Shown: piece by piece, positions 1 to 11,836 of the stretch
Layout: each line of letters opens with the position of its first letter
How positions within the stretch are numbered: position 1 is the stretch's first letter
Source of the DNA: Eukaryota sp. GEM-RC1
Lineage: Eukaryota
DNA length: 64,000 bases
Reading direction: 5' to 3'
Assembly (NCBI GenBank): GCA_040285855.1
Contig: JAUFOQ010000003.1
Coordinates: 1,240,001-1,304,000, forward strand
Position numbers and translations under genes: made by a program
The notes under the pieces: generated by a model
Databases searched by the model: none
Seen by the model: only the letters and a program-made list of their open reading frames with translations
What the model was told of the DNA's origin: nothing

Positions 1-1614
1 TGTAAAGTGAAACAGCAAACGGATTCAAAACAAACGCATTGTGTCAACGATAACTCGTCTTGATAATGAATTCACTGTACCGAACAAATTTTTTCATTTC
101 AGCAGCTTTAAGAATCGAAGACTTTTCGTCTAAAATGTATTTAACAAAGATTTGAGTTACAAGGATCAACTGTAAGTGTTTCTAGAGAGGACCACCAGAG
201 GCCAATCACATCACCTTGTTCTTAGCAGTTCGAATTGAATGCGGAAATGTTTGTGACAATAGGTGGTTCCCTTGACTGCTCTCAAACAAACCAGACACGT
301 TGAGTACAAATTATGTCCTTTTGCAATTTCATTGCAATCACTGTCTGAATTACAACAATAATTGATCTCAACCCGGTTGACCAAATCGTCAAATCAATCA
401 AATCATTTTCCCGTCAACTTTTATCGTTAATAAGATTTATTGCATCATGGAAGAAATCGGTTCAAAAATGAAAAATTCATGAGTATACTATTCTCTTTCA
501 GAATATGTGGCGCGTAATGTGGTGCGGTTACCCAGATTCTATAAATATTAGCAATGTATTTATTGTTGGTCAAATCAATATCCGTATATTTATAATGGAT
601 CCCAGCAATGAACAATAATATTGCAATAATATTGTTTACTGTGGCAAACATGTTCACCACTGAAATCATCCGATGGCTTGTTGTTTTATTTAGTTTTGAA
701 TCCACGCTGAAGTACACAAAATGCTTGTGGTTGCAGTAATCATTTGTGATGAACTTTCACTTTAGAAAGCAGAAGACTACATCCATCATGTTGAGAAAAA
801 CAACTCTTATGTTGGTCTTTGTGCCCTTAAATGATTATACCGCAATTTTTGGCAGAACTTTTGGCGGAACCATAAAAAATTGAGGTAAAAATGATTATAC
901 ATACAATTAAAGAACCTTTTTAGAAGGAAAAGAACCTCTATGGATGGGGGGGAAGTAAAAACTCGATATGAAATACACAACACTATAGAACTACAACACC
1001 TATTGATCTAAATCTCTGATCTTTGAAACTCAAATAGCGTTCGGAAAAGTGTCAACGATAGCCCATGTCTTGATTTACCGGAGGAGAATAAAAATTTTAC
1101 GGATGTATACGATTAGACTATATGGAATAAAAGTCATCGGATCACTTAATAGATTTATATATTTGTTGCCCAAATTTGACAATACCAATAAAATACAGTT
1201 TATCACATCCCTCAGAAGAAGACCAGTAACAGGGCAGGGCTAGTAATGGGGGGGCTAGTACTAGGGAAGAAAGCACTTTCCTTAAACGTTTTCAATAGAC
1301 AATTTAACAATTTTTTTAGTGACAATGTTTATTCCAAAACTACCAGTACGTCGTGTTAATCAATCCTAAATATACTCATCTTCATCTGAAAGATCTATAG
1401 GTTCTTTTTCTCTGTCAGAACCAGTATCAGACCCATCGGGAAAACAATCCAAAATTTCAACTCTGGAACTAAAAATCTACAACACTATGGAGGGCTAGTA
1501 TCAGGAATTATACTAGCCTACCCTTCGTGACTATTATTAGGGAAGGGCTAGTAATAGGTTAATTAGAATAATTCTTCGAAATAAAATCCAATTTCCACAA
1601 TTTCTAATCAGGTT

Positions 1615-2121
1615 ATGGGTTTACTGCACTTCCTAGTCATCGTTGTCGTAGTTGTAGCAATTCCTTGCCAATGTCCTGATGACAATTGTGACTCTTATCG
1701 CCATTCCCTTCCCTCCTGTCATTGCTTTTGTCAGACAGTGGCCAACGATCTTCATCTCAGTGCTAGCGATGCAATTTGTACCTATATTCCTCCGTCACAC
1801 TTGTCCTCTGGCCGCTGCCTATTTTGCAGTTATAAACTCAAACACGCCCCCCAGTTTCCGCATTCCCTAATCTTTGGGTCTCACTCCAGCTTGCCAATGA
1901 CAGATATGAATGGACATATTCACTTCCCGATCCATCATTGCTTCTGTCCCTTATCTGATTGTACCAAGTATTCTGGATCTCGTCAGGATTGTCACTCTTT
2001 TGGTGATTCTCACTCGGAATCCTTTGTGAATGGTCGTTATTACATGATCTTTCACTCGCGTTCAAGACGTAGTAATGGTTCTTGCTCCATTTGTGGACTT
2101 GTGGACAGTTGTTTATTGTAA
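1615..2121 (+). CDS. Putative secreted Cys/His-rich protein, function unknown
   Basis: 168-aa ATG-started ORF with a hydrophobic N-terminus (MGLLHFLVIVVVVVA), many Cys/His, and two loosely repeated halves (HCFC...GRCLFC / HCFC...GSCSIC). Confidence 0.45.
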   Translation: MGLLHFLVIVVVVVAIPCQCPDDNCDSYRHSLPSCHCFCQTVANDLHLSASDAICTYIPPSHLSSGRCLFCSYKLKHAPQFPHSLIFGSHSSLPMTDMNGHIHFPIHHCFCPLSDCTKYSGSRQDCHSFGDSHSESFVNGRYYMIFHSRSRRSNGSCSICGLVDSCLL

Positions 2122-2333
2122 CTGTTCAAACTTTTGGAAAAAAACTACTTTCTTCTTTTGTGTGTAAACAACGGTATAAATGTATTGTTATTAAATCATA
2201 AAGTGAACTTCGCTTGATTCTACCATACAGTACTGGATGTACAATAGTAATGACGTATAAGAAAGAGCGAAATCGTTGTCGAATAACATAAGAATAGAAG
2301 ATGCGTAAACAAATAACAAATTTATAAACAAAA

Positions 2334-4708
2334 TTAAATCTCACGAGACAACTGCTCACGTTCTCGATTTTCCTCTTCTTGACTTGCCCTAGCAAACCTA
2401 ATAAACACGTGTTCTAGAGTAGTTTCTGTAACAGCATAATCGTTAAACAAACCTGCACTCACAGAGGACTCCAAAAATTTAAAAATTTGACTTACAGGAA
2501 CAGACAACGCATAATCAACTTGAGCAATTTTCCCTGCAATAAAACTCGAAATTTTTGCATCTTGCGACAACGTTTTAGCAAACTCCAACACCTTCTCCCT
2601 GGAAACACCTTCATTAAGACTCAAAATGACCTTGTTACCAGTTCCATACAAGGACTTCAACCGCTGTCCAGATCCAATACACTTAAGTGAACCTCTCCCC
2701 ATAATAGCAATTCGATCAGATACCTTCTCAGCTTCACCCATTGAGTGAGTGGTGAGTAGGATAGCACAACCACGACGTTTCTCAGCCTCAATTAAACTCC
2801 ATAAAGTTCTTCTTGCTTCAGGACTCATTGCTGATGAAGGTTCATCTAGTAAGAGTAAGTCTGGTTGACCGAGGCAAGCAATGGCTAGTTGAAGTCTCCG
2901 CTTGTAACCACCAGAAAGGGCATCAGCTTTGCGTGCAAGGTACTCATTGAAACCAAACCTCGAAACAACGCCATCAACTGTTGGACCGTGGAATTCGACA
3001 GGAATACCTACAATAGCAGCAAATAAATCAAAATGTTCTTTTACAGTTAATAAATCAAAATGAGTGTTCTTTTGAGGGGCAACCCCCAATCGACGACGAA
3101 TTCCATCAACGTCATTTCGAACGTCCATACCAAAGACCGAGACGTTTCCAGCGCTAGCAGTAAGTTCACCAGTAATGACTGACATTGAGGTAGTTTTACC
3201 AGAACCATTTACACCTAATAAGCAAAACACCTGTCCCTTTTCAATCTTAAAAGACAACCCATTAACAGCTTTAATCTGACGTTTCTCCTTCCCTTTAGTA
3301 ACAAAGACCTTGACCAAGTTGTCAAGAATGACAGCAGAAGGATCTGGTTGAGAACAGGTAAACTTCTCTTTAATCACGTTTTCATCAGAGGATCTGGGTA
3401 CGAGACCAAGGATCTCCTTTTCATTAGCAACGGCCTTTCTACCTTTGTTTCTAAGAACATAGTCTAAAACAAAGGGCAAGAAGCAAGCAATAATACCATG
3501 AACAACCACAAACAACAGGGGAATCAGCTGACCATACTCCAAGTCTAGAGAGAACACTTGTTTTAAAGTCATCTCTTCATTATCATTGAGATTGTTTATC
3601 AGAACTTCCAAACATCTTTGTAAAGGGTAAGTGGGTAAGAAAATCATCAGACCAAATAGAGCTATTTGGAAGACTAAACCTTTCACTGGAACTGCGTGAA
3701 GGATAAGGAAAGGAATGATAGGAACAAAACCTACAATGTTTTGAAGAACCTTTACACAAGTTTCAACTTTTTGAAAGGGAAAGACAAAACGTAGCCATAT
3801 CCAACAACAATGAAAGCAGAAGCAATCATTGGAAGAAAGGAAGCAATGAAAGGAACGTCAGTAATGAAGTTCACCCTTCCAAAGTAAAGAGCTAGCCAAA
3901 CAACAACAGTGATGGCACCATAGAGAGCAAAGTCAATGGTAGCAGAGCCGAGCCAGTAACAAGATCGGAAGAGGCCGTGACAGAACATCAGTTGGCGAGT
4001 TCCCTGTTCAGTGTCCTTAACGATTTGTTGAGCAAAGAGGGGGATTGAGTTGATGAAGGACATGACGATGAAGATGACGGTGGCAAACATGAGAATTCCA
4101 GCAATGTCGAAAGCAAAGTCAGGAAGTGGGATATCTTGACGAGAAAAGACAACGGGAATAGAGAGGTGGTTAGTCATGAGGAAGGAATGGATAGTGGAGT
4201 GTACTGCGGAAGGAACAAGGTTGGGGTAAGGGGAGAACTGAAGCGTGAGGTTAAGAGTGGTAGGAGTTAGGTCGTTGAACAGAAGAGCGTAACTGGAGAA
4301 GCCGGGATCTTCAAAGGAAGAATGATTGAATAGATAATGATCAACATCAAGGGGAGAATCCAATGGGAAAAACTGAGGATACGATTGCTCAGAGAAGATA
4401 GGCATGTTATCAATGAAGTCTGACACTTCTATTCCGTTGGAGACAAAGGGATTTGCTTGATTGGGGTAAGGAAAACCAGTGGTGTCTGGACCTAGATGTC
4501 TTACTGGGGGCTCGGTTCGATCATTGAGCAACTTGTTGAGTTCAGGAATACCAACTTGTACAAGGGCGATCACTAGCGCAATGTTAAACAATGGGAGGAA
4601 GAAGCTGTTTGCGATGTACTTCTTATCGCGAAGACTTAGAGTCGCTTTTGCTTTGACCACAGCATGGAATTGTCGCTTCCAGAGGCCTTCAGTGATTTTT
4701 TGAGGCAT
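2334..4708 (-). CDS. ABCA-family half transporter (TMD+NBD), resembling the C-terminal half of ABCA
   Basis: Walker A GVNGSGKTT, signature LSGGYKRRL, Walker B LLLLDEP, switch TTHSM, C-terminal TTLEHVF. Likely start MPQKITE at 4708. ORFs 3752-4810 and 2334-3686 join if one base is added in the homopolymer at ~3768-3772. Confidence 0.88.
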
Positions 4709-4745
4709 TGAAAAGAGATCACTTGAAGTGTTAAATTCGATCCTC

Positions 4746-7167
4746 ATGGTGAACACAGCTCCTTTAAGTCTTCTCGCCCAATTAAAGGGATTAACCAGTA
4801 AGACGTTCAAGGTTTACTTTAGACAGAAGCATCAGCTTATACTTGAGGTCCGTATCATATCATTTCTAATCTCAGTTTGTTTTTGCAGTCTACTTCTTGG
4901 GCATCTTATTCTTCGTTGGTTCCACTGAAGACACTCCCTCCGTTACTCCCGATGTAATTACTCATGAAACCATCCCAGCTCTATCTTGGACTGCTACTTG
5001 TTCTTTCCTCAACACGACAGATTGTGCTCCTCTGTCTTACGCCCCTTCTGATAGTGACTTTGCAAATGAAATCGCCGCTCGTCTTGCCCTCCTTCATGAT
5101 TTGACCCCAGTTGCCTATGAATCTGAAGAGGAGTTACACTCTGCCTTCTCCGAGTCACCCAATCGCTTTGGTGCTGCTTTTATCATTAAAGCATCTACAA
5201 ATGCTCCTCACAACGTAGTTCTTCGTGTCCAAAACTCTCTAATGAATGAAAACCTCTCCAACTGGCATCTCTCCCCTTTCACTTCTTTCCATGCTGACGT
5301 GGCTTCCGTGATCACCTTCATTGAACACAACACTGACGTCTCCTTCTCTTTTCAGCTCAAGCACTTTCCCACTCATCACGATCCCATGCCCATTGGAGCT
5401 AATCAAATGACGCTTCCTATGTACTTAGTGATGGGCTCTCTGTTCTTTGTTACTTCGCTAATTACTGCTTTGGTAACTGAGAAGGAGAAGCTGTTGAAAC
5501 AGTCCTTAGGAGTGATTGGGATGATGTCAGTCAGTTATTGGCTATCATATTTGATTGTTTTTGGATTTGTTTCCTTCATTGTAACAGTCCTTTGGGTCTC
5601 TCTATCCGTGGCTATTGGAATTATTGAGTTATCCCCCTATTTCCTTGCTATCTACGCTACTTCATATTTCATGTACTTTTTGGCTCTATCAGCCTTTTGT
5701 TTCTGCTTCTCTACTCTCTTTTCTAAAGTCAAGCTTGCTCTTGGAGTGTTTACTACCTTTCACATGGTTTTCTCTTTCTCTGGTTTAGTACTTGTGTTGC
5801 TTGTTTTTAACGCCCCTGAAAAGTCGAGACTTGAAAATGTTTTGAATTTTGTACCTCATTTTAATTTTTACGATTTGATTTTCAATTTAATGACTGGTGT
5901 GTTGTTTGAAGTCGAGGATTTATGGAACTTTTCAGCTAATGTGACAGGTAGACGTACTGTTGCTGACAATTTATACCTTTTGATCTTCAATTTCTTTTTC
6001 TGGTTCATTTTAACTTTGTATTTTGACAAAATTATCGCAACCCAGTTTTCCAAGCCCAAGAAGCCGTTCTTCTTCTTCCAACCAAGGTTTTGGGCTGACT
6101 GGTTGTCAATCTTTAAACCCTTACAAATCGCTGACAACGTACCAGCCCTACAAGTCTCAAAGCTAGTCAAAAGTTATAAACTTTCCAAAAGCGAAATGAA
6201 ACAAAAGAAGAAAGAAGATCCAACATTTGACTCCAACCTATTCACAGCAGTTGATGACGTGTCATTCGTACTTCCTGTTGGTCACACCTTTGGTTTCCTA
6301 GGGGCCAATGGAGCTGGTAAGTCTACGACTGTAAACTGTGCTGTGGGAATTCTTGATTTTAATGATGGGGATATAATGATTGCTGGTATGTCGGTAAAAA
6401 CTGATATGGACAGAATCAGAAGGTTGATTGGTTTTGTTCCTCAGCAAGACGTTCTGTTCGATTATTTATCAGTAAAGGAACACTTAGAACTATGGGGGAC
6501 AATCAAGAACGTCAACAAGGACGTTATCCAACAACAATGTAAACAATTACTACAAGGAGTAGGTCTCCATAACGACATGGATAAGTTACCTACCGAGTTG
6601 TCTGGTGGTATGAAGAGAAAGCTTTGCTTGTGTAGTGCTTTCATGGGTAATCCCTTGTTATTGTTTTTGGATGAGATTTCTACTGGTATTGATCCCGATT
6701 CACGAAGACAGATTTGGGATTTAATGTCAATGAAGAAACAACAAGCTCAACATTCCATTGTTTTAGTCACTCACTACATTGAAGAAGCTGAGGTGTTGGC
6801 AGATGACGTGGTTGTAATGGCAAGTGCTAAAATTAGAGCTCATGGGAGTCCAGCTCAATTAGCAATCCAGCATTCCTCTCAATACTTGGTGACGTTTGCT
6901 AAGGACCAAGGAGCTGTTGATGCTTCCATTTTGAATTGTGTAAAGAGTGTTGTAGGTGAAGGATCTGTATTGGCTTCGTCAGCTTCACAGTTGGTTGTCG
7001 GAATTCCAAGTAAGAAGAAGTCTGAGTTTGGATTGCTTTCAGAAACTTTGGAGAAGAATCTTCAGAATTTGAATATTTTGTCTTTTGGATTCCAGACTTC
7101 AACTCTTGAAGATATCTATCTGAAAATCGTTGAGTTATACCAACCCGAGTCTCAGGGAGAAGTTTAA
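4746..7167 (+). CDS. ABCA-family half transporter (TMD+NBD), resembling the N-terminal half of ABCA
   Basis: GANGAGKST, LSGGMKRKL, LFLDE, VTHYIEEAE, STLEDIYL and the ABCA motif EKEKLLKQSLGVIG. ATG 4746 joins in frame to the 756-aa ORF through a 28-nt GT..AG intron at 4848-4875. Confidence 0.9.
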
Positions 7168-7451
7168 AGGTGTTTAAATAAATGTTTATTGTTTTTGTTC
7201 ATCTTTGTTTAATTTACTAAAACAATCGTCTCAACTACTAAACAAAAGTGGCTTCAATTGACTCTGAGAAATCGCACTACATGTAGGGGTCTCACTAGTT
7301 CTGATATCACTTTGTAACTGTGACAGTGGTAATAACTGGCGTCCTTATTTAAAGTATAATGTTGTGTGTGATTATTTGAATCTACATGTCTACTTAATTC
7401 AGATTATGAGCTATCAATTGTTTATGATCAGAAGAAAGTGCAAATCTCTCT

Positions 7452-7771
7452 CTACATGCCTGTCATCTCAGGGATATGAGGACCACAAGGGATATCGATT
7501 CCTTGGCAAACGGGAACGTGGAGCCAGAACTTGCAGTAGGAACCAGGCTCTAAGGATTGGCAGAAAGCATCTCCTCCACAGGGAATGTCAGAACCTTGAC
7601 AACTAGAGTTAAAATGAAGAGTGAAACTTACACTGGAACATGAAGCCAAGTTTTACAGTAGGAAGCATCGTCAAAGGAACGGCAGAATTCATCTCCGTTG
7701 AACGGTAATTCAATGTGACCAGCACATAAGGCGGATACAACCAAAAGAGTAGCGATCAAGAACAGCTTCAT
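7452..7771 (-). CDS. Small secreted Cys-rich protein, copy 1 (one intron, 7603-7631)
   Basis: Signal peptide MKLFLIATLLVVSALCAG, a 29-nt GTAAGT..AG intron, and two repeats of GDxFCxSxxxxSYCKxWLHVPVCQGxDxPC after splicing. Confidence 0.8.
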
Positions 7772-8149
7772 GTAGTCGAAAACAAGTGCATTTAGATCAT
7801 GAGGCAGCCTTTTAAAGGTCGATAGAGGAGTTCTGATAGGTTTACAGTGGTTGACAGGATGTTTACAACTGTCAACTATTGGTGTTGGGAATCATTCTAC
7901 ATTTGAAAAACTCTTAAAGAAAGTACTCTAAAATACATAAATACAAATACAAATCTAATGTTCAAATCTAATGTTAACATTTCAGTGTACATACATCTAA
8001 TAATCAATACCCTCAAAGTCCAGATTGCCTAACGACGACTACATCTGGACAGATGCACAAATATCAAAATGGCGTGTAAAAATCCGTTTAGACTGACCGA
8101 TCATCAGATTTGTATTTGTCCCGCGTTTTTTTAATGGATGTTTCTAATA

Positions 8150-8908
8150 GCTCTGCTTCATGTCTGATTACTCAAATCCCTCAAGGTTACTTTCTTTTTC
8201 TTGATGATAACTCTGGGTCATTAAACGTGCGTTTACGTTTATTTATTTGGCCTGATAACCTTGCACATAATTTATTTTGAAATGCCAATGTGTGCAATCT
8301 GCTACACCGGCACATTTATTGAATTGTATCCGTTTTACTTCTTATAGAAGTAATGTTCATGATTCAGTAAGGGATCAATTATATTGTATGTGTAAATCTT
8401 TTGGAATAGTTTCCTTTTAGAACCAGTTCTGGCTGGTTAGTTTGATGATACAGATGTTGACAAATCGTTTGGAAATAGCCGTGGTGATGTGATACTTCCT
8501 GGTCTCGATGGTTCTTTCATTATTGCTGATGTTATGTCTATCGACGTTTGTAATGGTTCCAACAAGAAACTTGCTAAATCTAATGCTAAAAACCCTCTGT
8601 TGATTGGTGAAAAATTTAAAAAAGAAAAATATTGTGCTAAATTGAAATTATTAAATTCGGTTTCACACTCGAATTACTTGTTGTACCCTTTTGTATTTTC
8701 ACTGTACGGTTCTTTAGGTGAATCTGCAACATCATTACTGGAAGTCTTTGTGAAAATTGTAAAAGAAAAAACATCTAGGACTTTTGATCTTAGATTTTGG
8801 AAAAATCTAATTGTGTTTGCTATCATTAAAGGTATGGTGACTTCTGTATCTAGCGCTTTATTATCTCTTGGCAGATTGTATGAGGATAAGGTAGGTGAGA
8901 ATTTCTAG
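8150..8908 (+). pseudogene. 3' remnant of a CRE-like non-LTR retrotransposon (zinc knuckle plus restriction-like endonuclease)
   Basis: Interrupted frames give HLLNC...HDSVRDQL...EPVL...RGDVILP...IIADV...YPFVFSLYG, the RLE-domain pattern; stop codons present. Confidence 0.7.
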
Positions 8909-9169
8909 TTAGGCAATCTGGACTTTGAGGGTATTGATTATTAGATGTATGTACACTGTAGTGTTAACATTAGATTTGAACATTAGATTTGTATTTGTAT
9001 TTATGTATTTTAGAGTACTTTCTTTACGAGTTTTTCAAATGTAGAATGATTTCTAACACCAACAGTTGACAGTTGCAAACATTATGTCAACATCTGTAAA
9101 CCTATCAGAAATCCTCTGTCGACCTTTAAAAGGCTGCCTCATGATCTAAATGCACTTGTTTTCGACTAC

Positions 9170-9489
9170 ATGAAGCTGTTCTTGATCGCTACTGTTTTGG
9201 TTGTATCCGCCTTATGTGCTGGTCACATTGAATTACCTTTCAACGGAGATGAATTCTGCCGTTCTCTTGACGATGCTTCCTACTGTAAAACTTGGCTTCA
9301 TGTTCCAGTGTAAGTTTCACTCTTCATTCTAACTCTAGTTGTCAAGGTTCTGACATTCCCTGTGGAGGAGATGCTTTCTGCCAATCCTTAGCGCCGGGTT
9401 CCTACTGCAAGTTCTGGCTCCACGTTCCCGTTTGCCAAGGAATCGACGTCCCTTGTGGTCCTCATATCCCTGAGATGACAGGCATGTAG
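9170..9489 (+). CDS. Small secreted Cys-rich protein, copy 2 (one intron, 9310-9338)
   Basis: MKLFLIATVLVVSALCAG.... Intron GTAAGTTTCACTCTTCATTCTAACTCTAG with CTAAC branch point; splicing restores HVPVCQG exactly as in the second internal repeat. Confidence 0.85.
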
Positions 9490-9620
9490 AGAGAGATTTG
9501 CACTTTCTTCTGATCATAAACAATTGATAGCTCATAATCTGAATTAAGTAGACATGTAGATTCAAATAATCACACCCAACCTTATACTTTAAATAAGGAC
9601 GCCAGTTATTACCACTGTCA

Positions 9621-10474
9621 TAGAGCTGTCAACGGCTTGAGCCATATGGTTTGGCTTGTATAATTCCAAACTGGCTTGGTTTTGGCTTGAGCCATTTGAG
9701 TAAGCCAAACCAAAGTGACAAGTCGACTTGAAGCCGAGCCAAGTCGATTGTTTTTCGGCTTGAATAAACAAATATTTTGTAATTGTTTCGATTGATGAAA
9801 CTCATCACAAACTACTGTCGTTTTAGTACAAAGGTGGATGAACACTTTGATGTCTTGTGAATCTTAAGAAGGAGCAGATTCATCGTTTTCGTCATCACTA
9901 CAATCAACTAATTCATAACCATATTTGAGCCAATCCTTTAAGCATTAACGAATTTAAAGATTCGTCAGCAAGTGATGATCGTTTTTGCACTTGATATGGT
10001 CAGCAACGGAAAAAACCCTTTCACAGGGAATTGAAATTACAGGAATGATCAGGAAGTCTCTGCCAAAGTACGATACACCTTTACTCTGCAATTTCCACTA
10101 TACAAGCGGACATGATTTAATATCGTTTGGATGTAAACTCTTGTGTTTTTGAAATTGATTTTCTTCCACTATAACCTCATGACCATCTGGGGGAAGTGGT
10201 GGGAAACGTAAGAATTCCTTGGTGATTTTTCAGTCATGAGAGAGAGAAGTATCGAAATGATTTCTATGTACGTCTTATGATATAACTTATGTTATGACCT
10301 TGTCAACTTGTTCATTTTCATTTTTTATTGTTCGAATCAAGTTCAAGTCACGGCTTGAGCCATATGTTTTGGCTTGGAAAATTCCAAACTGACTTGGCGT
10401 TGGCTTGAGTCATTTGAGTAAGTCAAGTCGAATTTGGATATGACTTGGCTCAAGTCGATCGGCTTACGGCTTGA
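9621..10474 (-). mobile_element. Degenerate hAT DNA transposon fragment
   Basis: hAT-like end TAGAGCTGTCAA at 9621. A GGCTTG-rich subterminal block is directly repeated (~9633-9763 and ~10351-10474). The minus strand at ~9920-10100 reads WKLQ...RDFLIIPVISIPCERVFSVA, matching the hAT C-terminal dimerisation domain. Confidence 0.75.
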
Positions 10475-11691
10475 TTTATCCTATATTATTCGTCGTTGGG
10501 AGCTACCTGACGTGGACACCAATTTTCAAGTAAACTTGGTGACGGTTCTGTTTGTTGTCTGTGGTGTTTTCGAAGATGGAATAAACGATCAAACCTTGCT
10601 TCTATTTGGTCTCTGGATTTGTATCACTTTTACGTTGTACTTATACATTTCCTGGAAGTAGAACATTGGAAAACTTTACTTCATGTCTGTTTGATGGTTC
10701 ACAAGTTCAAAAATTGGATCTTTTATCTGAAGTTGAGAAAGTTCGTCTTAAAACTCAGTACAAGAGTAAAGGTTTGAAGTATTCAGAAATCATACTATTT
10801 CAGCCAAGTTGAAAGACATTAATCATTTATGGAATGGTTTAGATGGAGACCGTACGTCTCTTGCTAGATATTGTATTGATGATGTTGACTTATGTCGTCA
10901 CTTGGTATACTTCCTTTTAGATAAATAATTGCAAACATTGTTGTTTCTTTCTGCTGTAAAATGTGTCAAATCTTAAAGGATCAAACTCCCCAAGATCAAC
11001 AATCTGATCTTGTTAGAGCTGAAACTGACGAAAGAGGAAATCCTTGTAGTATTGCAAACTGTCCTCCTTTAACAGACGCTGACAATCCACAGCATTTTAG
11101 AGTCGACACTGGATCTGTGCTAGGTAATCTTTTCAAAAAACAGGCCACGTATAAAGCTCAAGGTCTAGAGTCTAAGAGTGCTGCAGACAAAATTTTGAAA
11201 AAACAACCAAAACAATTCAATACGGAAAAGGATTCTAGGATTCCCTACTTAACAGCGATGCTAGATGCTTCAAATCTACTAAGACAAATTACTATTTATT
11301 TAAGGACTCAACCCAAACTGAAGGTGTTTCAGTTTCACTTGTATTAAAAACAAATGATTTAATTGATAAAAATACTCTACAATTAAACCTCAAACTGAAG
11401 AAAAATACCTGTATAATTTAGCAAATGCCGAAATTGAGGAATACAATCTTAGGAATAGAACTCTGGTGGGAATTGATCCAGATAAGTATGCCGCCATTGT
11501 TGCTGTTATATAAAAAGTCTGCTGAGGAATTAGAAGAAGAAGGAATCATAAACGATGCAACCACAAGACCACGAGAGCCATCCGATCGTATTATTAAAAA
11601 CAGAAGAAACCAAAGGACACCCAAACCTGCAGTTCAAGTCTCTACAACTGTTAGACTGACAGAAAAGGACAAGTTTAAAAAATTTGCATAA
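10471..11691 (+). pseudogene. Remnant of a PolB-type 3'-5' exonuclease followed by fragmented unknown ORFs
   Basis: DLSYIIRR (ExoII tail) at ~10473, SRTLENF, and DRTSLARYCIDDVDLCRHL (ExoIII YCxxD) at ~10848-10903; frameshifts and stops. Confidence 0.55.
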
Positions 11692-11836
11692 AGAGATGTT
11701 TGCTACAAAATAGTGGAAAACACAAACAATTTCTCACAAAAACAGTTTATTGCCTACTTTGATAACTAAACATAGTAACAAAAGAGCATTCAAAAAAATA
11801 AATTAAAGACCAAGATCAAAAAACTAAGACACAACA

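Larger units (their letters stand above)
7321..9620. repeat. Large inverted duplication: arms 7321-8033 and 8908-9620 (~713 bp each) around an ~870-bp spacer
   Basis: The right arm is the reverse complement of the left with scattered substitutions (TGACAGTGGTAATAAC... / ...GTTATTACCACTGTCA; ...CAGATTGCCTAAC / GTTAGGCAATCTG...). Confidence 0.95.

Noticed and set aside
1230..1560. GGGCTAGTA repeats as a MITE
   Set aside because: Likely transposon-derived, but I could not define TIRs or a TSD.
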